Positions 24,713-38,039 are shown, counted from the whole stretch's first letter. The stretch is 61,996 nt of DNA, filler included, from Dugesia japonica (GCA_001938525.1; 6 parts of 6 records of this genome joined end to end with filler, not necessarily neighbours in it), one strand, 5' to 3'. Notes: generated by a model from the sequence alone, not told the origin. Translations and numbers: made by a program.

Positions 24713-27268
24713 GTCGGCGATTTTTTTAACATGTAATAATAATTAGTAATTTTAAAATATCGGTTTCTTTCAAATGTAATAGTTAATTATTAAGAAAATT
24801 TAACTTATGTATACAGTTATTGCAAAGATATAGATAACAAGCAAATTCTCACAGAAATTCAAGTTGAATTCGTAGAAGGGTTCACAGAAAGACCTATCCT
24901 AAATATTTCAACGATTTCAAGAATAATTGAAAAATTTCACAATGATGGTTTTCATAAGACGCAATTTCTAATTTAATTAACTAAATATTTTGACAACATT
25001 ATTCAACAATAGTAAAGATTATAGAAAAAATAAGGTGTTATTTTATTTAGGAAACAACAAGTCAACTACAGCTATTAAAAATCGAGCATACATGCTCATT
25101 CAGAAAAGAGTCTGCCATGAATTAAAAGATTTATTTCACAACAATTTATAAATTCCACCTTTAAATAATTATCTGCTTCTTTTTAATTTTTGATCTTCTT
25201 TCAAAAAAAATAAATATTAAAGAAACTTTTTTCTTTATTAAAATTAATTTCTAAAAAGTTTAAACTTCAAAATATTAATTTAATTATCTTACATCCCTCA
25301 CCTTCCAGAATTTTTAAGTTTTTCGATGTTCCGAGTCAATCTTTTTCCATCTTTCCTTTCTACTACAAAACGTCTCTCATGAATCATTTTCATCACTACA
25401 TACCGTCCCTAATACCGATCTTGGTTTTTATCTCAAGATTCTACTTCTACCAGGACTTCCTCAACTATTTGAAAATGTCTTCTTGTCTGCGTTTTTTTAT
25501 TCTCATCAATATATGTCACTTGATCTTAACTCGTCTTCTCTTTTGACCACCACCCATCCGTGTACATATGTCTCCCAAATACTAACTCGGCTGGACTTCA
25601 TTGTGTAATTTTCTCATTAAGTGTAAACTCCACTTTTGGTAGGATGTCTGCTTAATAAGTAGTTCCTCTTTCTCGCATCAATGTGTACAACAGATTCATA
25701 ATTGCCCAAAATTGTCGTCCGATTTGACCGTTATTCTAATGATGATATGGACTCGACACTTGCCACGTAATCTTTACTTTGTCTGAGAACTTTTTCATCA
25801 TTTTTCTTTCAAAGACCCTCCCGCAATCAGAACGTATCATTCTCGGACATTGAAACTTCAGAATCCAGTGCTTCCAAATACAATCTCAAATCGTACCTTC
25901 ATCCTGTCTACTTAAACTCAATAATACTACAAACTTTGTACATTGATCGATCATGCTTAGGATGTATTTCTCCCTATTCTTCGTCTCCTTAAATGAGCCA
26001 CAAATATATATAAACATCACTTCAAACGGAGCGTATCTGTCTGATTCTTTAGTTACTTCGTGTCTTGTACTTGTCGAAATTTTGGATTCTTGACAGAAAA
26101 TAACTCCTTATAATATTTCTAATTCTTGATCTTAACTGTCTTCCTTCGTATCTTGAGCAGATATAGTCCTCCAATTTCTCTATGCCTACCTGACATAATG
26201 ATTTATGAATCTCCATAATCTTCTGCGCAATTATCTCATCTCAATTATCTTCTCCAAATTTTCTCCGACATTCATTTTCCGCGAAAATCAATATTCAACT
26301 CGTTTATTCCTTCAGTTTTTCCTAGTCTTCAACTTTCCGTTCTTTGTCTTCTCATGTATCAATTGGCATTGCACACATTTATCACACTTCAATCTACTTT
26401 GTGCATCTGGATTGCCGTGGTTCTTACCTTTCCTGAATTCCAATTTCATGTCCAAACTACTAAGGATATTAGTCTAGGTTGTGAACTGCGCTGTGATTGG
26501 CTTTTTGTATGTAAAATGAACGTGATCGCTTTGTGATACGTTTTTAAAATAAAACATTGATCATATAAATACTGTTTAAAGTTTAAACAAAAGTAATATA
26601 CTGCCAGGAGTTACTTACGAGTTATGCAGTATCCTTGTTTGTGAGTAGACATTGCATGAGACCTGTACACTATTGNTCTTTCATTTCTGTCTTTATCNCT
26701 CTGCAACAGCACCGCACCAATCGTTCCGAAGCTAACATCGGTGTCTAGAATAAACTCTTCGTGTAGATTCAGATATTCTAAAATTGGTGAAGAAATTAAA
26801 ACTTTCTTCATTTCTTTGAACTCCTCTGATGCATTCCTCCATTACAGTTCAACATATTCGATCTAACATTTCGCATACATTTCGCATTTGCATAAATGTT
26901 CCGATATCATCGTGTCTTCTGTAGATATCCGACATAAGACAATCCATAATACTATCAGTATTAACAGCTACATCATATTAGAAACCGAGGATACATGCTC
27001 ATTCAGAAAAGAGTCCGTCATGATTTAAAAGATTTATTTCATAACAATTTAAAAAATTCCACCTTTAAATAATTATCTGCTTCTTTTTAATTTTCGATCT
27101 TCTGCCAAACAATCTGAATATTAAAACAACTTCTTTCTTTATTAAAATTATTTTCAACATCTTACATTCAAGCTGTAAAAACTTTCTTAATAATTAAATA
27201 TTTCATTTGAAAGAAACCAATAAAATTACTAATTATTAATTAAAATTACATGTTAAAAAATCGCCCTG
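24713..27268 (+). mobile_element. Tc1/mariner-like TIR element interrupted by a Gypsy remnant
   Basis: ~90-bp inverted repeats (ggcgattttttaacatgtaat...ggtttctttcaaatg at 24716; reverse complement ending cgccctg-TA at 27268); HTH-like ERPILNISTISRIIEKFHNDG near 24890. Confidence 0.65.
25060..27166 (-). mobile_element. Internally deleted Gypsy element with two diverged LTRs
   Basis: Direct repeats ~25066-25293 and ~26964-27166 both end CTTACA; PPT at 25294-25306; RNase H FILDTDVSFGTIGAVL and integrase PFEVMF...SSPYHH remnants; no gag or RT core visible. Confidence 0.8.
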
Positions 27269-27366
27269 TATATATATTTGTTATAACAAAATATCTTGAA
27301 ATATATTGTTCTCATTTAAAAGTTTTCATAAAGTTTTATGATTAATAAATAATTCAATATTTCTAG

Positions 27367-27725
27367 ATGATGTAATCCAAAAGATCTATGTGAAATCGTA
27401 TTCGACAAATATTTTAATTGAAAATCTGTTGACTGAGCAAAATATACAAAAAACTAAAGTTATCAATGATCAGAAAAATGTCAAATTTAAATTTGTAAAT
27501 TTACTATTTCAATATAAACTAAACTGATTAAAATTTTGCTTACTACTTTTAGAAACGGAAATCTGGAATAAAATTTGATGTAATATTTTCAGAAATAAAA
27601 TGGTTGAATCAATTTGAGGATGTCGATCATATTAGTGAGAATCGTATTGTTCTAGAAAGTAATCCTCGTAGTGGTATGGATTATTTAAAGAAGCCTTTAT
27701 TATCTATTATTAACAATTATTGTCG
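27367..27725 (+). CDS. Two internal coding exons (27367-27494, 27553-27725) of an unidentified host gene
   Basis: Canonical AG/GT sites and a 58-nt intron; spliced frame open for ~100 codons: DVIQKIYVKSYST...KFKF|KRKSGIKFDVIFSEIKWLNQF...IINNYC. Confidence 0.65.
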
Positions 27726-28169
27726 GTATGTTCATTTATTAAAATTTTTCTATTCATAAAATATTGTTTTATGTTTCATAATTAATTGATGATTAGATTA
27801 TTTTTATAAAATTCAAAAAAAATTAATTGGTGTTCTTTTAAGTAGTTATTAACATGTTATTTGTAAAGCTAATCTCGGTCGTTGGTTATTGTACAGTTTT
27901 ACCTAATATAGCTATTAACTATGTTAAGTAGTGGAAAGTATTTTATCGAAATTAATCTATCTGTTAATCCTTTCTATGAATCGAAATTTTCTCTCAAAAT
28001 TCTATCATTTCTTGATTAATATCAAAATATAGTATTTAAAAAATAGTATTATATTATATATTATTCCCATTTTTTATTTCTTTTTTTTATTTATAAATTA
28101 TATTATTATTTATAATATTTATATAATATTAAATATAATATTTAACAAAATATTTTTATTTAATAACAA

Positions 28170-28514
28170 GACATACTCGGTCATGCGTGGCTCAGTTTGG
28201 TTGAATGAAACAGAAAAGAAAAGATAATGAATACGTTTATAATATATTTAATACTTTCANNNNNNNNNNNNNNNNNNNNNNNNNNNNNNNNNNNNNNNNN
28301 NNNNNNNNNNNNNNNNAATTGTTTGGAGTTTACGATTTACATTTTTATTTATATAGATATTGCGGGGATATAAAAATATAATAGGTATATATGAACATGC
28401 CTCGATTTGAATGCAACGTTGTATCAAAATGTCCAGGCAATCGGTGAGAAACATTCGAAGGTTATCGATTTTGAAAAAAAGAACATTTATATTTACATTT
28501 TTATTTATCTAGAT
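28170..28514 (+). mobile_element. Possible non-autonomous Helitron-like element
   Basis: Internally repeated end motif tttacatttttatttat(a/c)tagat, resembling short rolling-circle element ends. Confidence 0.3.
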
Positions 28515-28879
28515 AATAATAATAATTATTATTATTATCACATTATTACATTACATTATTACTATTACATTATTATATATTAACATATAATTTTTATTCT
28601 TTTCATTTATAATAATTGAAATTTATTGAAATAAAAGCTTCGATCAAAGTTTTTTTGAGTTTTCGATAATAATTCTTATTTTCAACTTTGTCTTTGTCAG
28701 TAATTGACTTTTGGGATTTATTATGGTACTCACTAATATATTCATCTTGGAATTCATTTAAAAAAAATAAATAAAGTTTTATTTATCAATACAAAGGATG
28801 ACTAGTCCCAAGAAAACGTCATAGTAGGCATAAAAAAATCCATAACCTCAACTTTACTTTTTATAAGTGAACATGCAAC

Positions 28880-29425
28880 AGCTAAGTCTTAAAAAAAACT
28901 GCGCTCCAACATCACGAGAGAAGACTGCAATCAATTGTATTGAACCTGGTCTCATTGATCATATGATGAAGAAAGATAAGATGATTGGTTTTAATTACTT
29001 TTTGTGTAGGTATCTGTGATAAATGTTTTTTTTCTTTGTTGTTGAGGCCAATTCCTTTGAGAGCTTTTTGATTTGTCGGGTTCCAAGATTCAATACTTGT
29101 GATACTTGGTCCCAAGATCCTTTCTAATTTGTTTGTATTTGTTTCTGTTGTCCAATCTCAATTTTTTTAACCACTCCAAAAAATCATATGGCTTTTTGAC
29201 ATCCAAAATGCTGATCTTTGCATTTCTATTGCTAGTCATGAAAAGATGTTGTCTCAGCTTGGTTTTGAGACCTTGAGGATAACAATCATATTGTACATCA
29301 AAGTGTCACTATCTTTGATGGATGCAGTGGTTTCAAGAATTCTTTTGTTTGTTTTTTTTATAAGTCTGTATCTCAGCATGTGTACCACATTATCTGCAAT
29401 GTGTTGGCATTTTCTTTTTATGAGT
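28880..29425 (-). mobile_element. Non-LTR retrotransposon 3' fragment (restriction-like endonuclease)
   Basis: ISILDVKKPYD...SWNPTNQKALKGIGL, resembling RLE-clade C-termini. Confidence 0.5.
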
Positions 29426-29439
29426 CTGTAAGGGTTGTA

Positions 29440-30125
29440 GTTAGTTCATTGAAATAAAAAACTAATTCACTAAAAATTTTGTTCTTATAGCACTGCCTAG
29501 AGAAGACAAGAAAACAATAAGAAAATGTATTTTTGAAAAATGGGTGTTGAGATTTGGATATTCAAGTGAGATAAAACTAGATTGTGAAAAAGCCTTTGAA
29601 TCCAGAGATATTCGAGTGTTTGAGCAGAAGATAGATATTAAACTTTGCTTGTCGAGTACTCATCATTACAATGCAAATAAACAAATTGAAGGACAGTTTA
29701 TGACAACTTGAGATTTAATTAATCTTAATTATTAATATTAATATTAATAAATGAGAGAAAGAAAACAGATCAGGCAGATATTTTATCCGAAACAGAATTT
29801 ANNATGAATTCAACCAAGCCGAAGACGACTGGAAAGAGCCCGGCTAAGATAGTATATGGAAACAAAATTAGCAGAGAAAAGTGGTACAAGTCAGAAGTTT
29901 TGGAGACAACTAAAGAAAACAAATCAGACGTGACTACTAATAGGAAATTCAAAGGAGGAGATTATGTCATCATCAATGTAGAATTACGGAATGAAAGCCA
30001 AGACAGATTTGAAGATTCTTGAATAATTGAGAAAATCCATTAAAGATGATAAGCTGTAAAAGGAGAAAATGAAAAGTGATTGAAGAGAAATGTCGAAAAC
30101 AAAAAAAGTTTTTTAAGAAGGCTGA
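29440..30125 (+). mobile_element. Gypsy integrase remnant
   Basis: WVLRFGYSSEIKLDCEKAFES...SSTHHYNANKQIE...NSTKPKTTGKSPAKIVYG. Confidence 0.75.
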
Positions 30126-30376
30126 TATAAAGAAATAAATAGTTACAGAGAATTTCAACAAACAGAGATAGATTAAAACAATTAATTGTATACAATTATT
30201 TCCATAAACCATATATTTATTTAAATAATTTATTTTTGTCATTTGTAAATAAAGGTACGTCTCAAATTAATAGTTCTGATTTCGAAAATAAATTATCTTT
30301 GGAAGATTTACCCAACAATGTTAAGTAAATATTAAATTATATTAAAAAATATTGTATTAATATTATTATATTAATA

Positions 30377-30476
30377 NNNNNNNNNNNNNNNNNNNNNNNN
30401 NNNNNNNNNNNNNNNNNNNNTTAATTAATTAANNNNNNNNNNNNNNNNNNNNNNNNNNNNNNNNNNNNNNNNNNNN
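30377..30476. other. Artificial contig spacer
   Basis: N run + TTAATTAATTAA (30421-30432) + N run. Confidence 0.95.
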
Positions 30477-30870
30477 AATACATACTAACTCTGTAATATT
30501 ATTTGCTTAGGTACCATGTATATTTACATAACAGTCGTTTAATATACAATTTTGTGTGTATTATTTACATAGCAACCATGTATTATACGTTTTATGAGTG
30601 TTTTAATACATAGTAACCTTGTAATATATTTGTTACATAGTAAACATGTATTATAAGATTTATTAGTGTATAATTTACAAAACAACCGTTTAATATATAG
30701 TATTTTGCGTGTATTATTTGCATAGTAACCCTGTATTATATGGTTTATAAGTATATTATTTACATATTAACTGTGTACTATCTGGTTTATGAATGCATTA
30801 TTTGCATAGTTGACTTAAAGTATTTAAATAAGTAAGGTGTAATATAGGATTTGAGTGTGTAACATTCTTA
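30477..30870. repeat. Diverged ~40-bp tandem repeat (tattatttacatagtaaccatgtattata...)
   Basis: The same unit recurs at 33870-33985, 34645-34685 and, inverted, at 40070-40120. Confidence 0.8.
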
Positions 30871-32036
30871 TATATAACTTATAAGTAATAATTTACATTG
30901 TGTGTGTTTCACAAATATCAAATTTCTAAGTAAATTAATTTAAAAGACAATTCAATAAAAACCCATTTATTATTACTTAAAGCAAACAAAAAAAAACAAA
31001 AACAACAACAATATACATAAAAATCATTAAGCTTTTCCAACTTATCCAATAAAAAAATCTCCTGTTGTTGTATTTGAAAAATCTACCGATGGATCAATGG
31101 AATCGAGATCAACTGGATCATTAGGTAATCCTTTAATANNNNNNNNNNNNNNNNNNNNNNNNNNNNNNNNNNNNNNATCTGTACTATCCGATATCTTATA
31201 AGATTGCATTAGACATTGAATTACAGATACATCAGTTTCTATTTCACTATTTAAATGAATTTTATTCTATTGATATTTTGTAAAATATTATTTAAGCAGT
31301 GTTCAAATTTTTTTAACAACTTCAGTAAATACTTAATAAAAAAGTTTAGTAAAAGATTTTGTAAACAACTTGGAGTAATTATTTGAGTAAAAATTTGATT
31401 TGATGGCTAATTCGGATAAAATACTGAGATGGGTCAACAATGACCATCAGTAATTACAAAGAAATTGAGTAAATCATATCATGGAATGTACAAGGTCAAA
31501 GAAATCAAAATTGACTTGTGTTTTATGTGGCGTGAAGGACATCAAATAATCGTCAAAGAAATTAGTCGAGTAAAACGTGAAGTAGATATTCAGAAGGTCA
31601 GAGTAATATCAAACTGATTTTTGTTTCTCTCTCCATCAATAATATCGAGTGAACATCAACTATATGAAATAAATTCGAGTAAATCGGTTGCAAGTGTCTT
31701 GGAAGTCAAAGAAATCATAAACTGATTTCCAAACTCTTGTAACAGTAGTATTACGAATAAACATCAGGAGATCAACAAGACAAAGTAAGTTACAGATAAT
31801 TATAATATTAACAATGAAGTAAATGTTACAAACGTAGAGATGCGAAGAAACATGATGAAATTAAAGAGAAAATTAAGTGTTATTCGAGGAATCAAAATAA
31901 AAGTCAACGATAATAAAAGGATAATGATTGCTGGAATTCAAATAAATAGATCAGCAAAGAATATCAGGAGTAAAATTAAAGAAATAAAATCAAAACAAGA
32001 ACCTAATTAATAGAAGCACGCGCGATTTTAATGGAG

Positions 32037-32486
32037 ATAAACGAGGAGGAGGAGCGGAGATCTTGGAAATAATTTTTTTGTAGTTTTAAAGATTTGGTTG
32101 TGGTTGGACAAAATTTTGCTCTATATATTGTCTTAAGGACTTATGAGTTTGGATGGATGGGTTTCGCTACAAATGTAGTGGCACACGGGCACAGTCGTAT
32201 GAGTTATCGTGGGTTGTTTTTAGGAAGGTTGTAGGTTTGTAAAAGGTTGATGGAATTTGTTGGTTAATGAGTTGTTGGAAAGGTGATGTAAGGGGGAAGA
32301 TGGTAATTGTTGAATGTGCTTTGATTTTCTATTTAAAATGCTAGAATTTGATTGGTTCGTTTTGTAAGTAGTATAAGTGTGTTTAAAAACATTTTCGTGC
32401 GGTGGAGGTTAGTATGTGTAGAAAAAGAATTAATTATCAGATTTTATAGGATTTATTTGAAATTTTTCTGTGGTTCTGACGTCATA
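32037..32486. repeat. Left arm of long inverted repeat
   Basis: Reverse complement of 40129-40573 with substitutions and small indels. Confidence 0.9.
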
Positions 32487-32809
32487 ATTTTTTGAACTCT
32501 TTATTTTGGTTAAAAATGCTGTATTTTGCTTAAATTGATGAATTTAATGAAAGTAATTGTATTTTTAAGTATTTGATGTATTTTTGGTTATTTTTTCAGT
32601 AATTTTGAACAATGAAGGGTTGTTTATTAATATTTTTGAATATGAAAGAGGGGAGTCTTGATATTTTTGATAACATTTTTGGCGGGAAATTCAAAAAAAT
32701 ATTTTTTGGAGGGAAATTTCAAAAAATATATTTTGGTTGGAAATTTTTCATTTAAATGGGGGGAAATCTTTTTAATATAAATAAATTAAATTTAATTTAA
32801 TTTAATTAG

Positions 32810-33110
32810 TTTATTTATGTAAGAAATGTCGTAGTCTTGATTTTTTGCATAAGATGGGAAGTCTCGATTTTTTTGAGGATATTATTACAAGATATCGGAC
32901 AGTCTTGATATTTTGTAAGATATTAATACAAGATATTGGACTGGCTTGGTATTTTACATGGTATGGGCAGTCTATATATTTGTGCATGGTATGGGTAGTC
33001 TTGATATTTTGCATGGTATGAGCAGTTTCGAAATTTTGAATGGAGAGCCTCTATATTTAGCATTGGATGTGACAGACTTGATATTTTGCAAGGTATGAGG
33101 CATATATATT
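32810..33110. repeat. ~29-bp minisatellite (gtcttgatattttgcatggtatgggca)
   Basis: About ten diverged units. Confidence 0.8.
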
Positions 33111-33479
33111 GCATTCATTTAAAAAAATCAAAATAGCGGCTATGTTGAATTATAAACACTTATTTCTAGTCAGAAATTTATTAAAAGTTCTCAGACTTGT
33201 GATTTTCAGTGTAAGTGTGTTGCATCCGTGTTGCAACTGAGTCGCATACTTATTGCATTTATTAATAAAAATTCCCAGGCACGTGATTTTCAGTGTATGT
33301 GTGTTGCAGCTGTTAAGCTTCTGAGTTGCATTTATGAAAATATATTTATCAAAGAACTTAAAAGAGATGAGTCTTTGTGATATTTGCATGATACAATATT
33401 CAAATAAAAAATTTTTTCCAAAATGATAAAAACATAGACCTTTTTCATAAAAAAAACATTAACTAGATAATTTTCAATA

Positions 33480-33735
33480 AAAACATTAGTGGTGCAATTT
33501 TAAATAGAAAATCTCATTAGCGATCTAATTTTTATTAAAAAGTATCATTAGTGTTGCAATTCTAAATAACAAATCTCATAAGCCATGCAACCTTTAATAA
33601 AAGGTATCATTAGTATTGTAATTATTAATAAAAAGTCTCATTAGTGTTGTAATCTTTAATAAAAGGTATCATCAATGTTGCAATATTTTATTAAAAAGTA
33701 TAATTAGCGAAGCAATGTCTAATAAAAAACATATT
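33480..33735. repeat. ~33-bp minisatellite (aaaaggtatcattagtgttgcaattttaataa)
   Basis: About eight diverged units. Confidence 0.8.
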
Positions 33736-34260
33736 AGTTGAGAACATATCTTAGAACAAAATGATAAAAACATAGGAATTTTGCATAAAAAGCATAAATT
33801 CATGGAACCTGTAAGACATATTTACCTAATATGACTATATAAAAAACGTATAAAAAATATTTTCATGATTGTATAGGGTTTATAAGTATATTATTTGCAT
33901 AGTTACCTTGTATTACTATTTACATATCAACCATGTATTATATGTTATATGAGTATATTATTTACATATCAATCGTGTAATAAGAGGTCACCATGCAAAG
34001 TGTATGCCTAATTGATGCGTGCGTCATGCACAATGCATGTTCGCACCATGTTTATGGGTAATTTAGATAACAAATTATATCATTTTAAACAAATTACAGC
34101 CATTCATATAAATTAAAATTAATAATAACCATTCATTTTCTTTAAAACATTTAATGACCAATAAAAACTAACAAATAACGAGTATGTATGTATCGCAGCA
34201 AGTATATAAACATAGCTTTTGTAAAATAAGTCACTTTTACATTTCAAAGTTGAAAACAAA

Positions 34261-34509
34261 ATGAACCAAATTGAAAGGGGAATTAAACAAATTACAGATG
34301 AAATTACCAGTGGATCCCTTGACGAAATTCAATTCATAAGCAGGATCGACAATGGTCTATTAAGAAAACATGATTATGTTGAACTCATTGTTCGTTCAAT
34401 ATTCATGGAGTAAATTAAGGAAGAAGTAAAGAAACAAAAAAGAAATAAATTTATTGATGGTATTTTATTGACATCTGTTGTGATATTTTATTTGTTTGGT
34501 CGAAATTAA
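34261..34509 (+). pseudogene. Small element-borne tail-anchored protein gene with one premature stop
   Basis: CCAAT and TATA upstream; 83 codons with TAA at 34411; basic patch followed by hydrophobic C-terminus; AATAAA downstream. Confidence 0.55.
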
Positions 34510-34849
34510 TGTAATTATTATTGTTTAGTTGTTTAATAAATAGATTTGAATAATAATTTTGTTTTTTTTCTTGCATTATTTATATAAAAAACTTNTAAGT
34601 AATAGTAATAAGTTATTATAATAGTTTCTTTTAACTACAATTGGTTTATGAGTACATTATTTACATAATAATCACGTAGTATTGTAAATTCATGCTATGT
34701 TCACAAAATTAAATAAATAATATAAAATAATAAAGTACTTTAGTTTCTTAGTATTACTAAAACAGAAAAAATGAAGACATCTTGATAATAAAACACATAT
34801 TGTTTTTATAAAACAAATACATGCAAATAAATATTTCATGTTTAATGTT

Positions 34850-35045
34850 GATTCTTTTATTGTAAACCACTATATAGTGTTCTCTACATAAATTTGTTGT
34901 ATGAGTATTGACGATTATTGCATTGTTTACTGAAATAATATAATTTAAGTAACATTGATGTCCTCCGTTCAATCTAAATAGAATTAAACAATAAATTAAA
35001 CAATAACTCTTACTTTATTACAATTATTTCAAGAATACATAGCAT
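34850..35045 (-). pseudogene. Truncated adenovirus-type (adenain-like) Polinton protease
   Basis: ATG lies 3 nt after the MCP stop; AIIVNTHTTNLCREHYIVVY resembles the IVNT...PGEHW catalytic-His motif; 40-nt intron 34974-35013; no Cys motif visible downstream. Confidence 0.6.
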
Positions 35046-35048
35046 TGT

Positions 35049-36287
35049 TTACACNAATACTGTTCCGTTTACTTTAGCCTGAATTTCTTTTTCAAATACT
35101 CCATAAATTATACCATATGCCGATGTTTTTAAAGCTTTGGCAAACTTGATATCCAATCTCAAATTTCCTTGTTGAGCTAATTGACTCTGATTTATATCAA
35201 AATCTGGAGTAAGAATAAATGTCAAAAAATGATAATTATCCTTAAAATCTCGAAGTGTTATTCCACAATTCATATTCTTATCCAAATATCCCATATTTCG
35301 TACAATAGATTGCATATATGTTGTGGCATAATTATCGTTTTGTAAAATCCTGAGTATATATTTCTCGATAATTAGTGTTTTTTGTCAAGGAAAAAGAAAT
35401 AGTATCTAGATTTTGAAATGTTGAACTCAAGCTTTTATAACTACCATTATATTGTTCACCGCTTTGAAATGTAACCAAATTAAAGCTAGGTAATCGACGA
35501 TCACCAAAGATTTGTTCCTTATAAAACGATGAACTATCTTTAATAATTGCAAATGTAATGACTTCCTTGATTCTTATTGAATAAACAGCATTTTGTGTTT
35601 TTAGTCCCATTTGATGAGCAACTAGTACTGAGGGTTCAACGCGTACACGTCTAACCATTAATTTTGCATCTAGTAATACATATTTAAGTACATTGGCTGC
35701 AGATTCCAAACAATTGTTAGCATCTGTTTGCTTCAATAGATTATGAACATTGACACTAGGAATAAGGTATTTTGGTTGATCCATGAAATCAAGTTGCAAT
35801 GAACCACATAGTGATATTTGTTTTGATTTCGCAATAGACTTTTTTCTATCTGCTTCTGATTCATATTCCAATGCTGAAAAATATATATTCTTACTATCAC
35901 CATTATAATTTATTATAGTTTCAATAATTGCTTTGTGAAGATAAGATCCATTNNNNCCTTCAATTTTGAAATTATTAAACGAAAGAATTACATCCTTAAA
36001 AAGTGTATGCAACATATAGTTACTAGGAATCAAATCATCCTTATCAGTCAAATCTTTGCCATCTTTATCAACTACCTTTACTTTAATATACAATAAAGTA
36101 TAATTCAAATCCAAAATTCTGTTTGAGATCCATTTATAAAAATCTCTACATCGCTTTGTGATTCAGAAAATTAATTCATAGGGAAATACCTTCGAATTTA
36201 CCATATTCAATTACAGTTTGTGGAGATGGTCGATAAAAAATACTTAATTCAGTTTTACCGCAAATCTTTTTTCACATATTGTTCCAT
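35049..36287 (-). pseudogene. Polinton major capsid protein (double jelly-roll), frameshifted
   Basis: CGKTELSIF.RPSPQTVIEYG, DLNYTLLYIKVKVV, NYMLHTLFKDV, QPKYLIPSVNV, GNLRLDIKFAKAL. Confidence 0.85.
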
Positions 36288-36706
36288 GTCCTCTCATTCG
36301 TTTGTTTATAAGTGATACATGAGATTTCTTTCGTTTTCTACTATTTTGTGGTGTTATGTCTTGATTTGATAGCATATTAGTTATTTCAGATGGTATTTTA
36401 TTAGTTAAACTTTGCTGTAGTATACCTACTACTTTTGGAATCATGCTGGTAACTCAACTAGTTACTGAAAAAACTACATTTCCTAGCTCAGACAATGATT
36501 AGATTTCAATATGGATAGTATTTTCCATCATTAGTTAGTATATTCTGAGCTGTTTTCATACCAAAAGAACCAATACGTCTAAGAATAGGCAAACCAAATC
36601 TCTCTTTTGTTTGTAACCACCCAGATTCATACTGTTTTCCAAGAAAGTAAGGTAATTCGACACCTGCTTGACTAGTACTATACAATGATACAATATTAGG
36701 GTTCAT
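36244..36706 (-). pseudogene. Polinton core-like basic protein between the capsid genes
   Basis: YSTSQAGVELPYFLGKQYESGWLQ (QxGxG-type motif) and basic tail RKRKK...KRMRGHG; frameshifted. Confidence 0.65.
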
Positions 36707-37813
36707 TATTAATTTTTCTAAAATCTAACGTTAAATGTGGTTTTGAATCTTCAGCAAAAATGACTAGTTTTCCACTATCATCACGTATATTAATTTCTAT
36801 ATTTTTTATATATGACGAAGAAATAAGTAAATACATCGAATGATCAACAATTATTTTTATTACGTCATCATTATCATGTTCCTCTATCCATACTGCTTTC
36901 AATAANNNNNNNNNNNNNNNNNNNNNNNNNNNNNNNNNNNNNNNNNNNNNNNNNNNNNNNNNNNNNNNNNNNNNNNNNNNNNNNNNNNTCTAGGTTTTTT
37001 ATTACTTTTATATAGTAGTTGTTTATCATTAAATTGTATTTGAGTATATTGCGATTCTTTTAATCCTAATGTTTGTGTTAAGATTTTATCGAATTTAACA
37101 CTTTTAGTTCTATATGCTAATGTAAATTCAAGTACTTCATCTTGCTTTAATGAAAAAGTTTTAAATAACTGTGGAAGTTGTTTCTTAAAATAGTCATTTA
37201 ATTAATTTAAATCCTTTATATACAGTTCAGATTTGAATTGAAAAGAATGTTTAGTTACAATCGGATAATAATATTTAATTTTTATTTTTTCAATAGATTC
37301 GTCGTTTTTAAAGTGTTGAAAGCCAAGAAAAAATGTTTTATCTCCAAAATTTTTACTAGCATCAAAAATTAAGTTAATATCCTTACTTTCAAATACGTCA
37401 CTAAAATATGAAAATCTCTTTATAGTTTCCAGATTTTCAAATAATAAAATGTGGTATGTAATATCACAAGTAAAGACTAAAACATTTTCTTTCGATAATT
37501 CTATAACTGTTTCCTTGTTATTTTTATAATTGTTTTGAGAATTAACAGTTAGAAGAACTTTCATTTCTTTATTGTTAACATCAAGTATTAGTTCCTTCTC
37601 AATTATTGTAAAAAATTCATAATCAATCCTAGATTGACTGTAAATTGGCATGGCTGAATATACAAAGGTGAAATCCATGAAGGCTACTTCCTAACTACCA
37701 TCCATGTAAATTGGCTTTTGAAGCTCAACAATGTAATTACTAGCAACATTATTTGGATGAATTAGGGAACTACTATTATTACGTAAAAGTGTATAGAAAT
37801 TATTTGATTTCAT
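36696..37813 (-). pseudogene. Polinton minor capsid protein (penton)
   Basis: N-terminus FYTLLRNNSSSLIHPNNVASNYIVELQKPIYMDGS*EVAF and C-terminus YIKNIEINIRDDSGKLVIF...LTLDFRK; stops and a gap. Confidence 0.8.
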
Positions 37814-38039
37814 CTGAATTTTTGTCTTGTTATTTTATTTGTGTTGCTACTATTCAAATTGGTTTTTGTATTTATATCATTTTATTTAATATTGTTTATT
37901 CTTTCAGATACTTTTGATTAAAATAGAATAGATCTTGTAAATCTAATGAATACAACGATAGAAGACAAAAATATACTTGTAAAATTTATTAATCATTTCA
38001 ATTAGATACATTTACCATAAATCATCAATACCATAGCCT

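Noticed and set aside
30477-33735. Regularly spaced repeats resembling a CRISPR array
   Set aside because: The units are adjacent diverged tandem copies without unique spacers; eukaryotic context and no cas genes
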